A DNA stretch of 64,000 bases from an uncultured Ignavibacteriota bacterium (GTDB lineage Bacteria; Bacteroidota; Ignavibacteria; UBA10030; BY39), in the NCBI GenBank assembly GCA_947085405.1, contig CAMTWO010000014.1:48130-112129 (forward strand), in the 5' to 3' direction. The notes under the pieces are model-generated. The model ran no database searches. It had not been told where the DNA came from and saw only the letters and a program-made list of their open reading frames with translations. Every line of letters starts with the position of its first letter. Position 1 is the first letter of the stretch. Shown here in pieces: positions 38,003 to 47,576 of this stretch. A program made the translations under genes and the position numbers.

Positions 38003-40204
38003 CTACTTTTTTATCGAGCCAGATGAAAGTCCTTGCGATGACAAAAGCACAAGTCGGCCGGCTTGTTGTACTTTAACCCAATATCCTTTTCCCGGATAAA
38101 TAGTATCGGTCGGAAAGTATTGTTCTTGATATTCGTAAAATTTACTTTTTATGATACCGCTCGGTAAACTAATAATAGCTGAAACCGGTAGAGGCACCGA
38201 TAAAGAACCAATAATGTTCCATCCCGTGCTGACTGCGACCGTGTCTAATAATTTCGACAAGCCCGTTATTTCAATTGGAGAACCAGACCCAAATTTTATC
38301 CAATATCCGATTCCATCATTAAGCGAGTCGCGCACATTATAATTTGTCGAGTCGTATGAAAATGCCTTTGATATTGCATTCGGAAAAAGGACATTCAGCG
38401 AAGCATTATTAACTGATAGCGGAACTGAAAGAAGATTCCATCCATTATTTACCTGAATAGTGAGCATAGTTGAATTCCCTGTGGTGAACTTCCAGTGGGG
38501 TGAGTACGCACTTGACCCTGCAGCATTTTTTGCCCGCACACGCCAATAATATGTAGCCGACTGTAATAATCCTTCAACTCGATACGTCGTTACAGATAGA
38601 GTTGAGTCGTTTATTAGTCTGCTTACGAATAGTGAATCAGTGGATAACTGCAAATGGTAAAACAATGCTGACGAGGATTCATTCCAGTTTAAATTCAAAA
38701 TTCTTGGTTGGTCTGTAACGCCGTTTGTGGGTGAGAGTAACGTGGGAACAGCAGGCAAAGTTGTCAGGCTTAAGTTTTTTCGCCCATAGACAGAAATTTT
38801 AGTAGAATCCTTTGTGCAGGGAAGGCCCGCAGAGTCGCGTAAAAAATTTGTCCAGTGCGTTAAAGTTACATTGAATTTTCCCCCCGGGAAATCAGGATTT
38901 GTTTCTGATTTATTGTAAGCTACTGGAGTAAGAACAAATTTAGCTGCATACCACGATACAGCGACAGGATCAGTTGAGGCGAGCAGAACTTTAGTATTCA
39001 CGACATAATCCGGAGTTGTATTCCCTGCTCGTGATGTCCACGCTGCATCAACTATAGAGAGCCGTGGATACGTTACTGCCATAATTCTCGAGACAAGTGC
39101 ATACTGGTTGAAAAGATAATTATAGTGCATTGATTCCCATCCACCGTATCGTTCATTTTGCCATTCAGTTGACATCACACCTATCCAATTTTTTACAGCT
39201 TCAGTTGCACCCGACATACCATGATGCTTCAGAACTGGAAAATTAATCAGACACAGCCGAGACGAATCGTACCTCGCTGCAAGAGAGTCCCAAATACCAT
39301 ATCGGAGAGAAATTAAATATTTACCTGATAAAGAACGAAATTTGGGATAAGATATTTTTGTAGAAGGTTCATATATATAGCAATCATTGTAGTTTCCTTG
39401 ATTGTATTCGACACCAGCTTTATACATTAAGTTCTTCCAATCTTGTAAATATACAGGATACCCTTTTGCTCGGAATGTACTCACAACGTTCACGATAGAC
39501 TGGGCTGGGTCTTCCGAATTATTATCATTCTGGTCGATATAATATCCCTGCGTGTTATCGGCTACGATGATTTCACCTGTAAATCCTGTCGGATGTTTGA
39601 GTATCTGCCAGATCAAACCTTTGATGCGGTCGGTGCTTGTAACCACTTTCCCAGTCCACTGAAAATTCCCCTTTATTATTACAACGTTGTTTGAACCCAC
39701 AATTCCATTCGGATGCGCAGTAGTTTTATGTATGGGTATTCCTTTTGCAGCAAGCATTAAACAAAGAGTATCCATCGCAGGATCAACCAAACACGAATCG
39801 GGTACAGTAGCATTTCCAGCGGCAAGTGAACCTTTGGTGGCGGGGATAGAATCCAAGACAAATACTTTCGAAATTGGATTGGGAACTTCCCAGACTGGAG
39901 GACGAATTACATTTGCTGAACCTGCTGTAGAATCACCCGGTAGCGATACTGTGAACCAGATAATTCCACTGATTACAATAACCAAAGGAGATACTTTAAC
40001 AAATTTTCGTAGTAAGATACTTCCGGTAAAAAATGTTGCCAGTGCAAGTATCCAATTGAAGGCGAGTGGTATTGCCGCTTGTTGGCAGGGGTATGCAAGC
40101 CGTTTGGGATTTTCGCCGCTTCTGATGAGAAGCCAAAGCAGAGAGACAAAACCAACAAACCAATATTTTTTATTAGATTTACTTAAATGTCTGTGTATTT
40201 TCAT
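38003..40204 (-). CDS. DUF362-domain protein with FN3-like domain and paired GWN/GYW.K repeats; no sorting domain
   Basis: VVIIKGN, NFPVLKHHGMSGATEAVKNWIG, LASTDPVA; PTLLSP.NG...YYWRVRAKN; GWNLLSVP/GYWIK twice. Confidence 0.8.
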   Translation of the reverse strand: MKIHRHLSKSNKKYWFVGFVSLLWLLIRSGENPKRLAYPCQQAAIPLAFNWILALATFFTGSILLRKFVKVSPLVIVISGIIWFTVSLPGDSTAGSANVIRPPVWEVPNPISKVFVLDSIPATKGSLAAGNATVPDSCLVDPAMDTLCLMLAAKGIPIHKTTAHPNGIVGSNNVVIIKGNFQWTGKVVTSTDRIKGLIWQILKHPTGFTGEIIVADNTQGYYIDQNDNNSEDPAQSIVNVVSTFRAKGYPVYLQDWKNLMYKAGVEYNQGNYNDCYIYEPSTKISYPKFRSLSGKYLISLRYGIWDSLAARYDSSRLCLINFPVLKHHGMSGATEAVKNWIGVMSTEWQNERYGGWESMHYNYLFNQYALVSRIMAVTYPRLSIVDAAWTSRAGNTTPDYVVNTKVLLASTDPVAVSWYAAKFVLTPVAYNKSETNPDFPGGKFNVTLTHWTNFLRDSAGLPCTKDSTKISVYGRKNLSLTTLPAVPTLLSPTNGVTDQPRILNLNWNESSSALFYHLQLSTDSLFVSRLINDSTLSVTTYRVEGLLQSATYYWRVRAKNAAGSSAYSPHWKFTTGNSTMLTIQVNNGWNLLSVPLSVNNASLNVLFPNAISKAFSYDSTNYNVRDSLNDGIGYWIKFGSGSPIEITGLSKLLDTVAVSTGWNIIGSLSVPLPVSAIISLPSGIIKSKFYEYQEQYFPTDTIYPGKGYWVKVQQAGRLVLLSSQGLSSGSIKK

Positions 40205-40233
40205 TACGCCACGTATAGTTCATTTTCTAATTT

Positions 40234-40262
40234 ATAATAGCAATTATTCTGAACATATTCAA
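40234..40262 (-). promoter_or_regulatory. Putative promoter of the DUF362 gene at 38003-40204
   Basis: TTGAAT-17 bp-TATTAT; near-identical copy at 42360-42388. Confidence 0.6.
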
Positions 40263-40281
40263 CTATAATTTTAATAACTTT

Positions 40282-42330
40282 TTATTTTATCAGCAGCATC
40301 TTACGCACTTCAACATCATTTCCACTAAAAAGCTTGTAGTAATACATTCCATTCGATAAGTTGCCTGCGTTGAAATGCACAGCATACATTCTGCCAACTT
40401 CACCATAGCCATCGAACAATGTCGCAACCTCCTGCCCGATTAAATTATAAACTTTCAGCGTCGTGTAACTGGATTTTCCAAGACTAAAGATAATCGTTGT
40501 CGTCGGATTAAATGGATTGGGATAATTCTGATGCAACTTAAAGATAGATGGGGTAACATATACCGCTTTTACTTCGGTGGGATTAAAGTACACAGTAACG
40601 TGAGATGAGTAATGAACAAGTCCGTCATTATCTTGTTGCATTAGTCGATAATGATAAGTCCCTTGTAAATAAATAGTAGTGTCGATAAAGGTATAAGTTT
40701 TAGGCTCCAAGGTTGTTCCATGTCCAGGAACAAAACTATTGGCGACTGTTGTAAATTCAGTTTCGTTATCCATACGTCGCTCCACAAAAAAGCCGTAATT
40801 ATTGGTCTCACTGAGAGTGGACCAAGTAATGGTAATGCCATCACTTGTAGAATTTAACTCAGCATTCAGTGAAACAAGTTGTATAGGTAAATCCGGTAAG
40901 TTTTCCCGTCCATACACAGAAATTTTAGTGGGATCTTTCGTGCAGGACAATCCTGCAGAGTCGCGTAAATAATTGGACCAGTTCGTCAAAGTTATATTGT
41001 ATTTTCCACCCGGAAAATCCGGATTTGTTTCAGGCGGATTCGATGCGATAGGTGTGAGGATGAATTTTGCAGCATACCATGACACCGCAACAGGATCAGT
41101 AGAAGCAAGCAGTACTTTAGTATTCACGACATAATCCGGATTTGCATTCCCTAATGCTGATGTCCAAGTAGCATCAACTATTGAAAGCCGCGGATATGTT
41201 ACAGCCATTATTCTAGAGACGAGAGCATACTGGGAGAAAAGATAATTGTCGTGCATTGAAGTCCACCCGCCATATCGTTCATTTGGCCATGCTGTAGTCA
41301 TAACACCAATCCAATTTTTAACAGCTTCAGTCGCACCCGACATACCGTGATGCTTAAGAACTGGAAAATTAATCAGACACAGACGTGACGAATCGTATTT
41401 CGCTGCAAGAGAGTCCCAAATACCGTAACGTAAAGAAATTAAATACTTACCCGATGAAGAACGAAACTTCGGGTATGATATTTTTGTCAGAGGTTCATAA
41501 ATATAGCAGTCGTTGTAATCTCCCTGATTGTACTCCAGACCGTCAACGTAATTCAGATTTTTCCAATCCCGTAAATATACGGGATAACCTTTTGCTCGGA
41601 ATGTATTTACGACATTGACGATAGATTGGTTTGGGTCTTCGGAGTTATTATCATCCTGGTCTATCGAATATCCCTGTGTATTGTCGCATACGAGAATTTC
41701 GCCGGTGAACCCGTCTGGATGGTTCAAAATTTGCCAGATCAATCCCTTTATCCGGTCAGTGCTCGTGCCGACTTTACCGCTCCATTGAAAATTTCCTTTG
41801 ATTATCACAACATTGTTTGAACCTACAATTCCAGCCGGATGAATTGAGGTCTGGTGGAGATAAACACCTCTCAGTTGAAGCATTAAACAAAGAGTATCAA
41901 TGGCGGGATCAATCAGACACGAATCCGGAACTGTTGCATCGCCAGCAGCAAGGGAACCTTTAGTGGCAGGGATAGAATCTAACACAAATACTTTTGAGAT
42001 TGGATTCGGAACTTCCCAGACTGGTGTGTAAAATACCTTTTTTAAACCGGCTGTAGAATCACCCGGCAGCGACACTGTGAACCAGAGAATTCCACTTATG
42101 AAAATAACTAAAGGAGATGCTTTCACAAATTTTCGTAATAAAATACTTCCAGTAAAAAATGTTGCCAGCGCAAGTATCCAATTAAAAGCAAGTGGTAATG
42201 CCGCTTGTTGACAAGGGTATGCAAGCCGTTTGGGATTCTCGCCGCTTCTGATGAAAAGCCAAAGAAGAGCGAAAAAACCAACGAACCAAAATTTTCCTCT
42301 AAACTTAGGTAACTGTCGGTGCATGGTCAT
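40282..42330 (-). CDS. DUF362-domain protein with T9SS type-A sorting domain
   Basis: Same DUF362 core; LPIQLVSL...W.T.SE.NNYGF.VER; C-terminal QNYPNPFNPTT...GMYYYKL...KMLLIK. Confidence 0.85.
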   Translation of the reverse strand: MTMHRQLPKFRGKFWFVGFFALLWLFIRSGENPKRLAYPCQQAALPLAFNWILALATFFTGSILLRKFVKASPLVIFISGILWFTVSLPGDSTAGLKKVFYTPVWEVPNPISKVFVLDSIPATKGSLAAGDATVPDSCLIDPAIDTLCLMLQLRGVYLHQTSIHPAGIVGSNNVVIIKGNFQWSGKVGTSTDRIKGLIWQILNHPDGFTGEILVCDNTQGYSIDQDDNNSEDPNQSIVNVVNTFRAKGYPVYLRDWKNLNYVDGLEYNQGDYNDCYIYEPLTKISYPKFRSSSGKYLISLRYGIWDSLAAKYDSSRLCLINFPVLKHHGMSGATEAVKNWIGVMTTAWPNERYGGWTSMHDNYLFSQYALVSRIMAVTYPRLSIVDATWTSALGNANPDYVVNTKVLLASTDPVAVSWYAAKFILTPIASNPPETNPDFPGGKYNITLTNWSNYLRDSAGLSCTKDPTKISVYGRENLPDLPIQLVSLNAELNSTSDGITITWSTLSETNNYGFFVERRMDNETEFTTVANSFVPGHGTTLEPKTYTFIDTTIYLQGTYHYRLMQQDNDGLVHYSSHVTVYFNPTEVKAVYVTPSIFKLHQNYPNPFNPTTTIIFSLGKSSYTTLKVYNLIGQEVATLFDGYGEVGRMYAVHFNAGNLSNGMYYYKLFSGNDVEVRKMLLIK

Positions 42331-42359
42331 TATGCCACTTATTGTTTATCTTTGCGTTC

Positions 42360-42388
42360 ATTATAGCAAATATTCTGAACATATTCAA
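42360..42388 (-). promoter_or_regulatory. Putative promoter of the DUF362 gene at 40282-42330
   Basis: TTGAAT-17 bp-TATAAT. Confidence 0.65.
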
Positions 42389-42597
42389 CTATCCAACAAT
42401 CGCCTTTGAACGCCTTACCTTCAGCAATATCTAATTTTCCGGCAGTGCTGTTGTGCAGTTACATCCTTTTTGATAACTTTGATGGAATCAATATTCAAAT
42501 TTATTTTTTGGGAACCACCCGTCTTCCTGTTTAACCAAATCAAGGAAGCAATGTGTGTGAAAGATTTTTATGAAATATTTGATTATATTTTTACAAG

Positions 42598-42978
42598 ATG
42601 AAATTCAAAAACAACAAAATAATCGTAATTGGCGATAAGGTACTTATCGCAGCCGAAAGTGATAAAGATAAAACCGAACACGGCTTATACTTGCCACCAA
42701 CCGTAAAGGAAAAAGAAAAAGTTCAAAGCGGTTATATCGTAAAAGTTGGTCCCGGCTATCCGGTTCCAAATCCTCAATTTATCGATCAAGAGCCGTGGTC
42801 AACAACTCCAAAAGACCCTGTAAAATATATACCGCTTCAAGCTGAAGAAGGCGACTACGCAATCTTCATCAAAGAGCAAGCAATAGAGATTGAATACGAA
42901 TCGAAAAAATATTTGATTGTTCCACAGTCAGCAATACTTGTTCTGATTCGGCATACACCAAATTTTGAATTCTCTTAA
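42598..42978 (+). CDS. Co-chaperonin GroES-family protein (no adjacent groEL)
   Basis: GDKVLI, GLYLPP..KEK, G.IVKVGPG, EIEYE..KYLIV. Confidence 0.85.
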   Translation: MKFKNNKIIVIGDKVLIAAESDKDKTEHGLYLPPTVKEKEKVQSGYIVKVGPGYPVPNPQFIDQEPWSTTPKDPVKYIPLQAEEGDYAIFIKEQAIEIEYESKKYLIVPQSAILVLIRHTPNFEFS

Positions 42979-42998
42979 TAAATTGAAAGGATAATAAT

Positions 42999-44009
42999 AT
43001 GCGACTATTAGGTCGTTCGGGTTTAAAAGTTTCTGAGTTATGTTTCGGGACTATGACATTCGGAGGTTCGGGTTACTGGAAAAACGTCGGCACTACACAG
43101 CAGCAAGAAGCTGATGAGTTAGTGAACATCGCTATCGATTCGGGAATAAATTTTTTCGATACTGCTGATATTTATTCAGACGGACAATCGGAAGAAATAT
43201 TAGGAAAGGCACTTGGCAAAAAACGGAAAGAAATTATTCTTGCTACAAAAGTTTTCGGAAGAATGGGAAAAGGTCCGAACGATATCGGTCTATCGCGCCA
43301 TCATATTGTCGAAGCATGCAATGCAAGTTTAAAACGACTCGGAACCGATTACATCGATCTCTATCAGGTTCACAATTTTGACCACCTCACACCGTTAGAT
43401 GAATCACTCACCGCTCTTGATGATTTAGTACAACAAGGAAAAGTCCGTTACATCGGATGTTCGAACTACGCCGGTTGGCAATTAATGAAAGCGCTTGCGA
43501 TTTCGGAAAAATATAATTTAGAAAAATTTATCACGCTGCAATCTTACTACTCGTTAGTTGCACGGGAATTAGAATTTGAACTCGTGCCTTTATGTCTAGA
43601 TCAAGGTCTCGGTATTTTACCGTGGAGTCCGTTAGCGGGTGGATTTTTAACTGGCAAGTATCGCCGAGGCAAGCCACGCCCTGATTCGGCTCGCCGCAGT
43701 GTCGCTGAAAAACAGTTTCTCCAGTTTGATGAAGAGAAGGGATTTGATATTGTAGATGAATTGGAAAGAATAGCGATAAACCATAACGGTACAATCACTC
43801 AAGCAGCGATAAATTATTTACTCCGAAAGCCGGGAGTCAGTTCGGTAGTTATTGGTGCACGAAATAAAGAACAACTTTCCGATTTACTGAAAACTACAGA
43901 GTGGGAAATGACTCTCGCAGAAGTTCAACGATTGGATGAAATTAGTAAGCCGCCTCGGATTTATCCATACTGGATGCAAGAATTTGCACGACGCGATTTA
44001 GGATTTTAG
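42999..44009 (+). CDS. Aldo/keto reductase
   Basis: LGRSGLKVSELCFGTMTFG, DTADIY, SLKRLGTDYIDLYQVH, PWSPLAGG. Confidence 0.95.
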   Translation: MRLLGRSGLKVSELCFGTMTFGGSGYWKNVGTTQQQEADELVNIAIDSGINFFDTADIYSDGQSEEILGKALGKKRKEIILATKVFGRMGKGPNDIGLSRHHIVEACNASLKRLGTDYIDLYQVHNFDHLTPLDESLTALDDLVQQGKVRYIGCSNYAGWQLMKALAISEKYNLEKFITLQSYYSLVARELEFELVPLCLDQGLGILPWSPLAGGFLTGKYRRGKPRPDSARRSVAEKQFLQFDEEKGFDIVDELERIAINHNGTITQAAINYLLRKPGVSSVVIGARNKEQLSDLLKTTEWEMTLAEVQRLDEISKPPRIYPYWMQEFARRDLGF

Positions 44010-44028
44010 ACCCTTCAATTAATAGACA

Positions 44029-44349
44029 GTGTGATAATACCGAACTCACCCTTGCCAAAGGCATCCCTTTGGGAAAATCCCCGCCTGCCTCAGCGATTTC
44101 GCAAAGGCGGGCAGCCCTCTCTTACGAAGAGAGGGACTTGCTGAATCTGATTTCAATTCTTGAGGTTGAGGTTGACTAAAAAGTCATTGCGATCCCGACT
44201 TCAGTCGGGAGAAGCAATCTCAATGTGTCGTTTTTCAATTGTATTGAGAGATTGCTTCGTCGTCCGTCAGCTGACGGACTCCTCGCAATGACAATTTGCT
44301 TACTTTTTGGTCAGCCTCGTCGGGGGATGAGTTCCTACAGTTATCACAC
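44029..44349. repeat. Nested miniature palindromic elements
   Basis: Concentric inverted repeats gtgtgataa/ttatcacac, gaactca/tgagttc, gaggttgactaaaaagt/actttttggtcagcctc, gtcattgcga/tcgcaatgac, gaagcaatctc/gagattgcttc. Confidence 0.75.
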
Positions 44350-44412
44350 GACCTGTAAAACTCGGGGCAAGTTTTGAATTTTGTCCCGAAAGGTCGGGAT
44401 TGGATTTTTTTT

Positions 44413-45435
44413 TCAACGCGTTTGACTTCTCTTCAAAAGCCATATAAAAATGGGGGCGCCGATAAATGCTGTAACTGTCCCAACAGGAATTTCAGCCGGA
44501 GAGATTAACGTGCGTGCTATTGTATCGACAACAACAAGTAAAATAGCACCAAGCAGAAACGAAACTGGAATTAATATCCGGTGGTCAGCACCAAATATCA
44601 TCCGCGAAATATGTGGAATAATCAAGCCAACAAATCCTATAATTCCACTCAATGAAACAACCAGTCCGGTAATAAGTGATGCCAAGCCATAAGAAATTCG
44701 TTTAAATTTTTCGACTTCAACTCCGAGAGATTGAGCAGTCTCGTCGCCAGTTGCTATCAGGTTATATTTTCTGGAATTTAAATAAATTACGACGATAGCG
44801 ATAAGAACAACCGGTGCAACGACCAGAAAAGAATTCATATCTGCCGATGATAGGTTTCCCATCAACCACAAAAAAGCCCCACGGACCTCCTGATGTCTGA
44901 TAACCATTACCAACAAAATCATTGCATTAAAAAAGGCACCCACCATTATTCCGGTTAGAAGCAATGTTGTAGGATCAAGCCTGCCGTGCTTTTCAGAAAC
45001 AAAATATACCACCATAATTACAACCAACGAACCGAGGAAAGCAGAAGCGGGAACACTTATGATGCTGAAACCGAGTCCGAAACTTATTGCCAGCACGGCG
45101 CCTAATGTCCCTCCGCTCGACACACCAAGTATAAAAGGTTCGGCTAACGGATTTCTAAGTATTGCCTGAAACACAACACCTGCAACCGAAAGCCCGCCAC
45201 CCACAATAATCGCCAGCAAAATTCTAGGCAGCCGTAGCTCGAATAAGATAGTGCTGTATTCTTCTGCAATTTTTCCACCAACCAAAAAATTTAATATTTG
45301 GCTTAATGGAATAGCTACAGTTCCGACTGAAATCGAAAAAATAGAAACTAATAAAAGTGTAAAGAGAAGTAAACTTGAAAGTTGGATTGTTTTTTTTAAA
45401 GTAATGAACGACCGGTTCACTTCAAAAGCTTCCAC
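44413..45435 (-). CDS. FecCD/BtuC-family ABC transporter permease (iron-chelate or cobalamin)
   Basis: LRLPRILLA, QAILRNPLAEP, GDETAQSLG, IGFVGLIIPH, GAPIFIWL. Confidence 0.92.
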   Translation of the reverse strand: MEAFEVNRSFITLKKTIQLSSLLLFTLLLVSIFSISVGTVAIPLSQILNFLVGGKIAEEYSTILFELRLPRILLAIIVGGGLSVAGVVFQAILRNPLAEPFILGVSSGGTLGAVLAISFGLGFSIISVPASAFLGSLVVIMVVYFVSEKHGRLDPTTLLLTGIMVGAFFNAMILLVMVIRHQEVRGAFLWLMGNLSSADMNSFLVVAPVVLIAIVVIYLNSRKYNLIATGDETAQSLGVEVEKFKRISYGLASLITGLVVSLSGIIGFVGLIIPHISRMIFGADHRILIPVSFLLGAILLVVVDTIARTLISPAEIPVGTVTAFIGAPIFIWLLKRSQTR

Positions 45436-46406
45436 ATTGATTTTACTAAATCGGGAATCCCTATATTTGCGGCGGCAGAAATAAAATGAACAGAGTCAAA
45501 TTTCTTGGGAGAGAACTTTATTTTTTTAATTTTTTTCATCAATGCTTCATCGGCTAAATCAGTTTTAGTGATAACAACCATCTGAGGTTTTTTTAACATA
45601 TCTTTATTGAACAACTTGATTTCTTTCTGGAGCATTTCCAATGCCTTTTTAGGGTCTTCGTCCGTGCATTCTATGAGATACACAAGTACACGCGTTCGTT
45701 CGATGTGACGGAGAAATTGAATGCCAAGCCCCTTTCCCAAATGCGCTCCTTCGATCAGTCCCGGCATATCCGCAACAACAAAACTTTTCGATTCCTTGTA
45801 GCGTACGATGCCGAGATTAGGAACGAGCGTCGTAAAAGGATAATCGGCAATTTTGGGTTTTGCTGCCGATATTACCGAAATCAAAGTCGATTTCCCCGCA
45901 TTTGGCAAACCTACCAAACCGACATCGGCAATCAATTTAAGTTCAAGCTCAAGGTGTTTTTCTTCACCCTCTCTCCCAGGTTCAGCATAGCGGGGAGCTT
46001 GATTTGTGGGTGTAGCAAATTCACTATTACCCCTTCCACCTTTTCCACCGCGTGCAATAATTACTTCCTCCTTATCGTCAATTATATCAAAGAGAACTTC
46101 TCCAGTGTCAACATCTTTTATCAAAGTACCGCATGGTACGCGAACGATAATATCATCACCATCTTTACCAGATTTATTTGAGGTTTTACCGTTCTCACCG
46201 TTTTGGGCTTCGTATTTTTTTTTATATCTAAAATCGAGTAGAGTATTCAAATGACGGTCAGCCCGTAAAATTACAGTTCCCCCCTTACCACCTTGTCCGC
46301 CGTCAGGTCCGCCCTTTGGTACATATTTCTCTCTCCTGAAACTAACCATTCCTTTACCGCCGTGTCCTGATTTGACAAATATTTTAGCATAATCAATAAA
46401 TTGCAT
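45417..46406 (-). CDS. obgE: GTPase ObgE
   Basis: FRREKYVPKGGPDGG, GLPNAGKST, DYPFTTL, DMPGLI, FLRHIERT. Confidence 0.97.
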   Translation of the reverse strand: MQFIDYAKIFVKSGHGGKGMVSFRREKYVPKGGPDGGQGGKGGTVILRADRHLNTLLDFRYKKKYEAQNGENGKTSNKSGKDGDDIIVRVPCGTLIKDVDTGEVLFDIIDDKEEVIIARGGKGGRGNSEFATPTNQAPRYAEPGREGEEKHLELELKLIADVGLVGLPNAGKSTLISVISAAKPKIADYPFTTLVPNLGIVRYKESKSFVVADMPGLIEGAHLGKGLGIQFLRHIERTRVLVYLIECTDEDPKKALEMLQKEIKLFNKDMLKKPQMVVITKTDLADEALMKKIKKIKFSPKKFDSVHFISAAANIGIPDLVKSMWKLLK

Positions 46407-46408
46407 AT

Positions 46409-47575
46409 CTATTTTCCTTTTCTAGTGAAGAAGCGGTTGTAGGTTATTTCGGTAAATCGTGTGGCTTCGGGTGAATACAAATCGACCTCATTCAAAATAT
46501 ATATTTCATCAACATATTTCGATGCTTCTTTCCACGAGGTCATGTTGTTTATATCTGTAACTGCATCTGAAAAATCTTTTTCGTTTTTCCTGAAAATTTT
46601 CTTGATGAATCGTTTACGTTCTTCATCATCGAAAAATTTTTCCAGTGGAGGTAATTGAAGTTTTGCAGATGGTTGATCCGACATCGAATCGTTTTTTTCG
46701 ACCGCTTCCGATTCATCTATAGTGATGCTAACAACCGGCGAATCTTTAAGTGGTGCTGTTACAGGTATTTCAGCAGGAATTTTTTGCAGAGTGTTTTCGA
46801 ATTCAAATCCATCGTAAGTTTTCCGCAAATCTTCAAGCAATATGCACAATTCATCAAACGAAATTTCGTTCACATTTCTTTGCAGTTCGATTTGTAATCT
46901 ATCCACAACCCTTCGCATCCCTTTATCGTCAAATAATTTAATGAGTCCTTTAGTTGCAACTGTTGATTTAGTTTCTCTATTACCGTGATTAATAAAATCA
47001 TAAATAGCTAAAGTTATTTGAGCTAACTGATAACCGTCCTTGCGGCGGATGAATTCACGATCGCATTTCCAAATCAGCGATTGAAATTCATTTATAGTCA
47101 TCAGCTTAATATTTTTTTCTTGAATGATGCGAACGATCAAATCCTTTAAATATTCATAGACGCTAAAATTTCGCAGCGCCTTAAGTATTACATCAGATGA
47201 TACTTGGGTGGTATTATCGAAGATGAAACTTCGCAAAGTCCATTGCGGCCTCATTAGATAATTAAGTAATAAATGAATTGCATCGTGAACTAATTCCAAA
47301 TATTCATGCCGGTTAAAAGAATAATTGAGTACAAGTATCGAATTCATCCGGTTTTGTAAACTAATGACTTCCGGATGTGAAAAATCGAACCTGCTGTTCA
47401 CGAAATTGTTTCGCAATTCGTCCTGAAGCTTTTGCTCAACATCCACTCGTATCATATTTCTCAACGGAAGTGGTATCTCGGCAGCTAAAACTTCTTTTAA
47501 CGATATCCTTTCAGCACTACCTATCGTGCGGATAAGCGTTAGCTTGTTTAGTCGGTCTATCTCTTTCTCATACAC
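46409..47575 (-). CDS. Hypothetical protein
   Basis: 388-aa ORF tightly packed in the operon; no motif recognised. Confidence 0.75.
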   Translation of the reverse strand: MYEKEIDRLNKLTLIRTIGSAERISLKEVLAAEIPLPLRNMIRVDVEQKLQDELRNNFVNSRFDFSHPEVISLQNRMNSILVLNYSFNRHEYLELVHDAIHLLLNYLMRPQWTLRSFIFDNTTQVSSDVILKALRNFSVYEYLKDLIVRIIQEKNIKLMTINEFQSLIWKCDREFIRRKDGYQLAQITLAIYDFINHGNRETKSTVATKGLIKLFDDKGMRRVVDRLQIELQRNVNEISFDELCILLEDLRKTYDGFEFENTLQKIPAEIPVTAPLKDSPVVSITIDESEAVEKNDSMSDQPSAKLQLPPLEKFFDDEERKRFIKKIFRKNEKDFSDAVTDINNMTSWKEASKYVDEIYILNEVDLYSPEATRFTEITYNRFFTRKGK

Positions 47576-47576
47576 G

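Noticed and set aside
39687-40268. Long antisense ORFs (193 aa here, 197 aa at 63104, and similar)
   Set aside because: They lie opposite well-supported genes and have no recognisable motifs.
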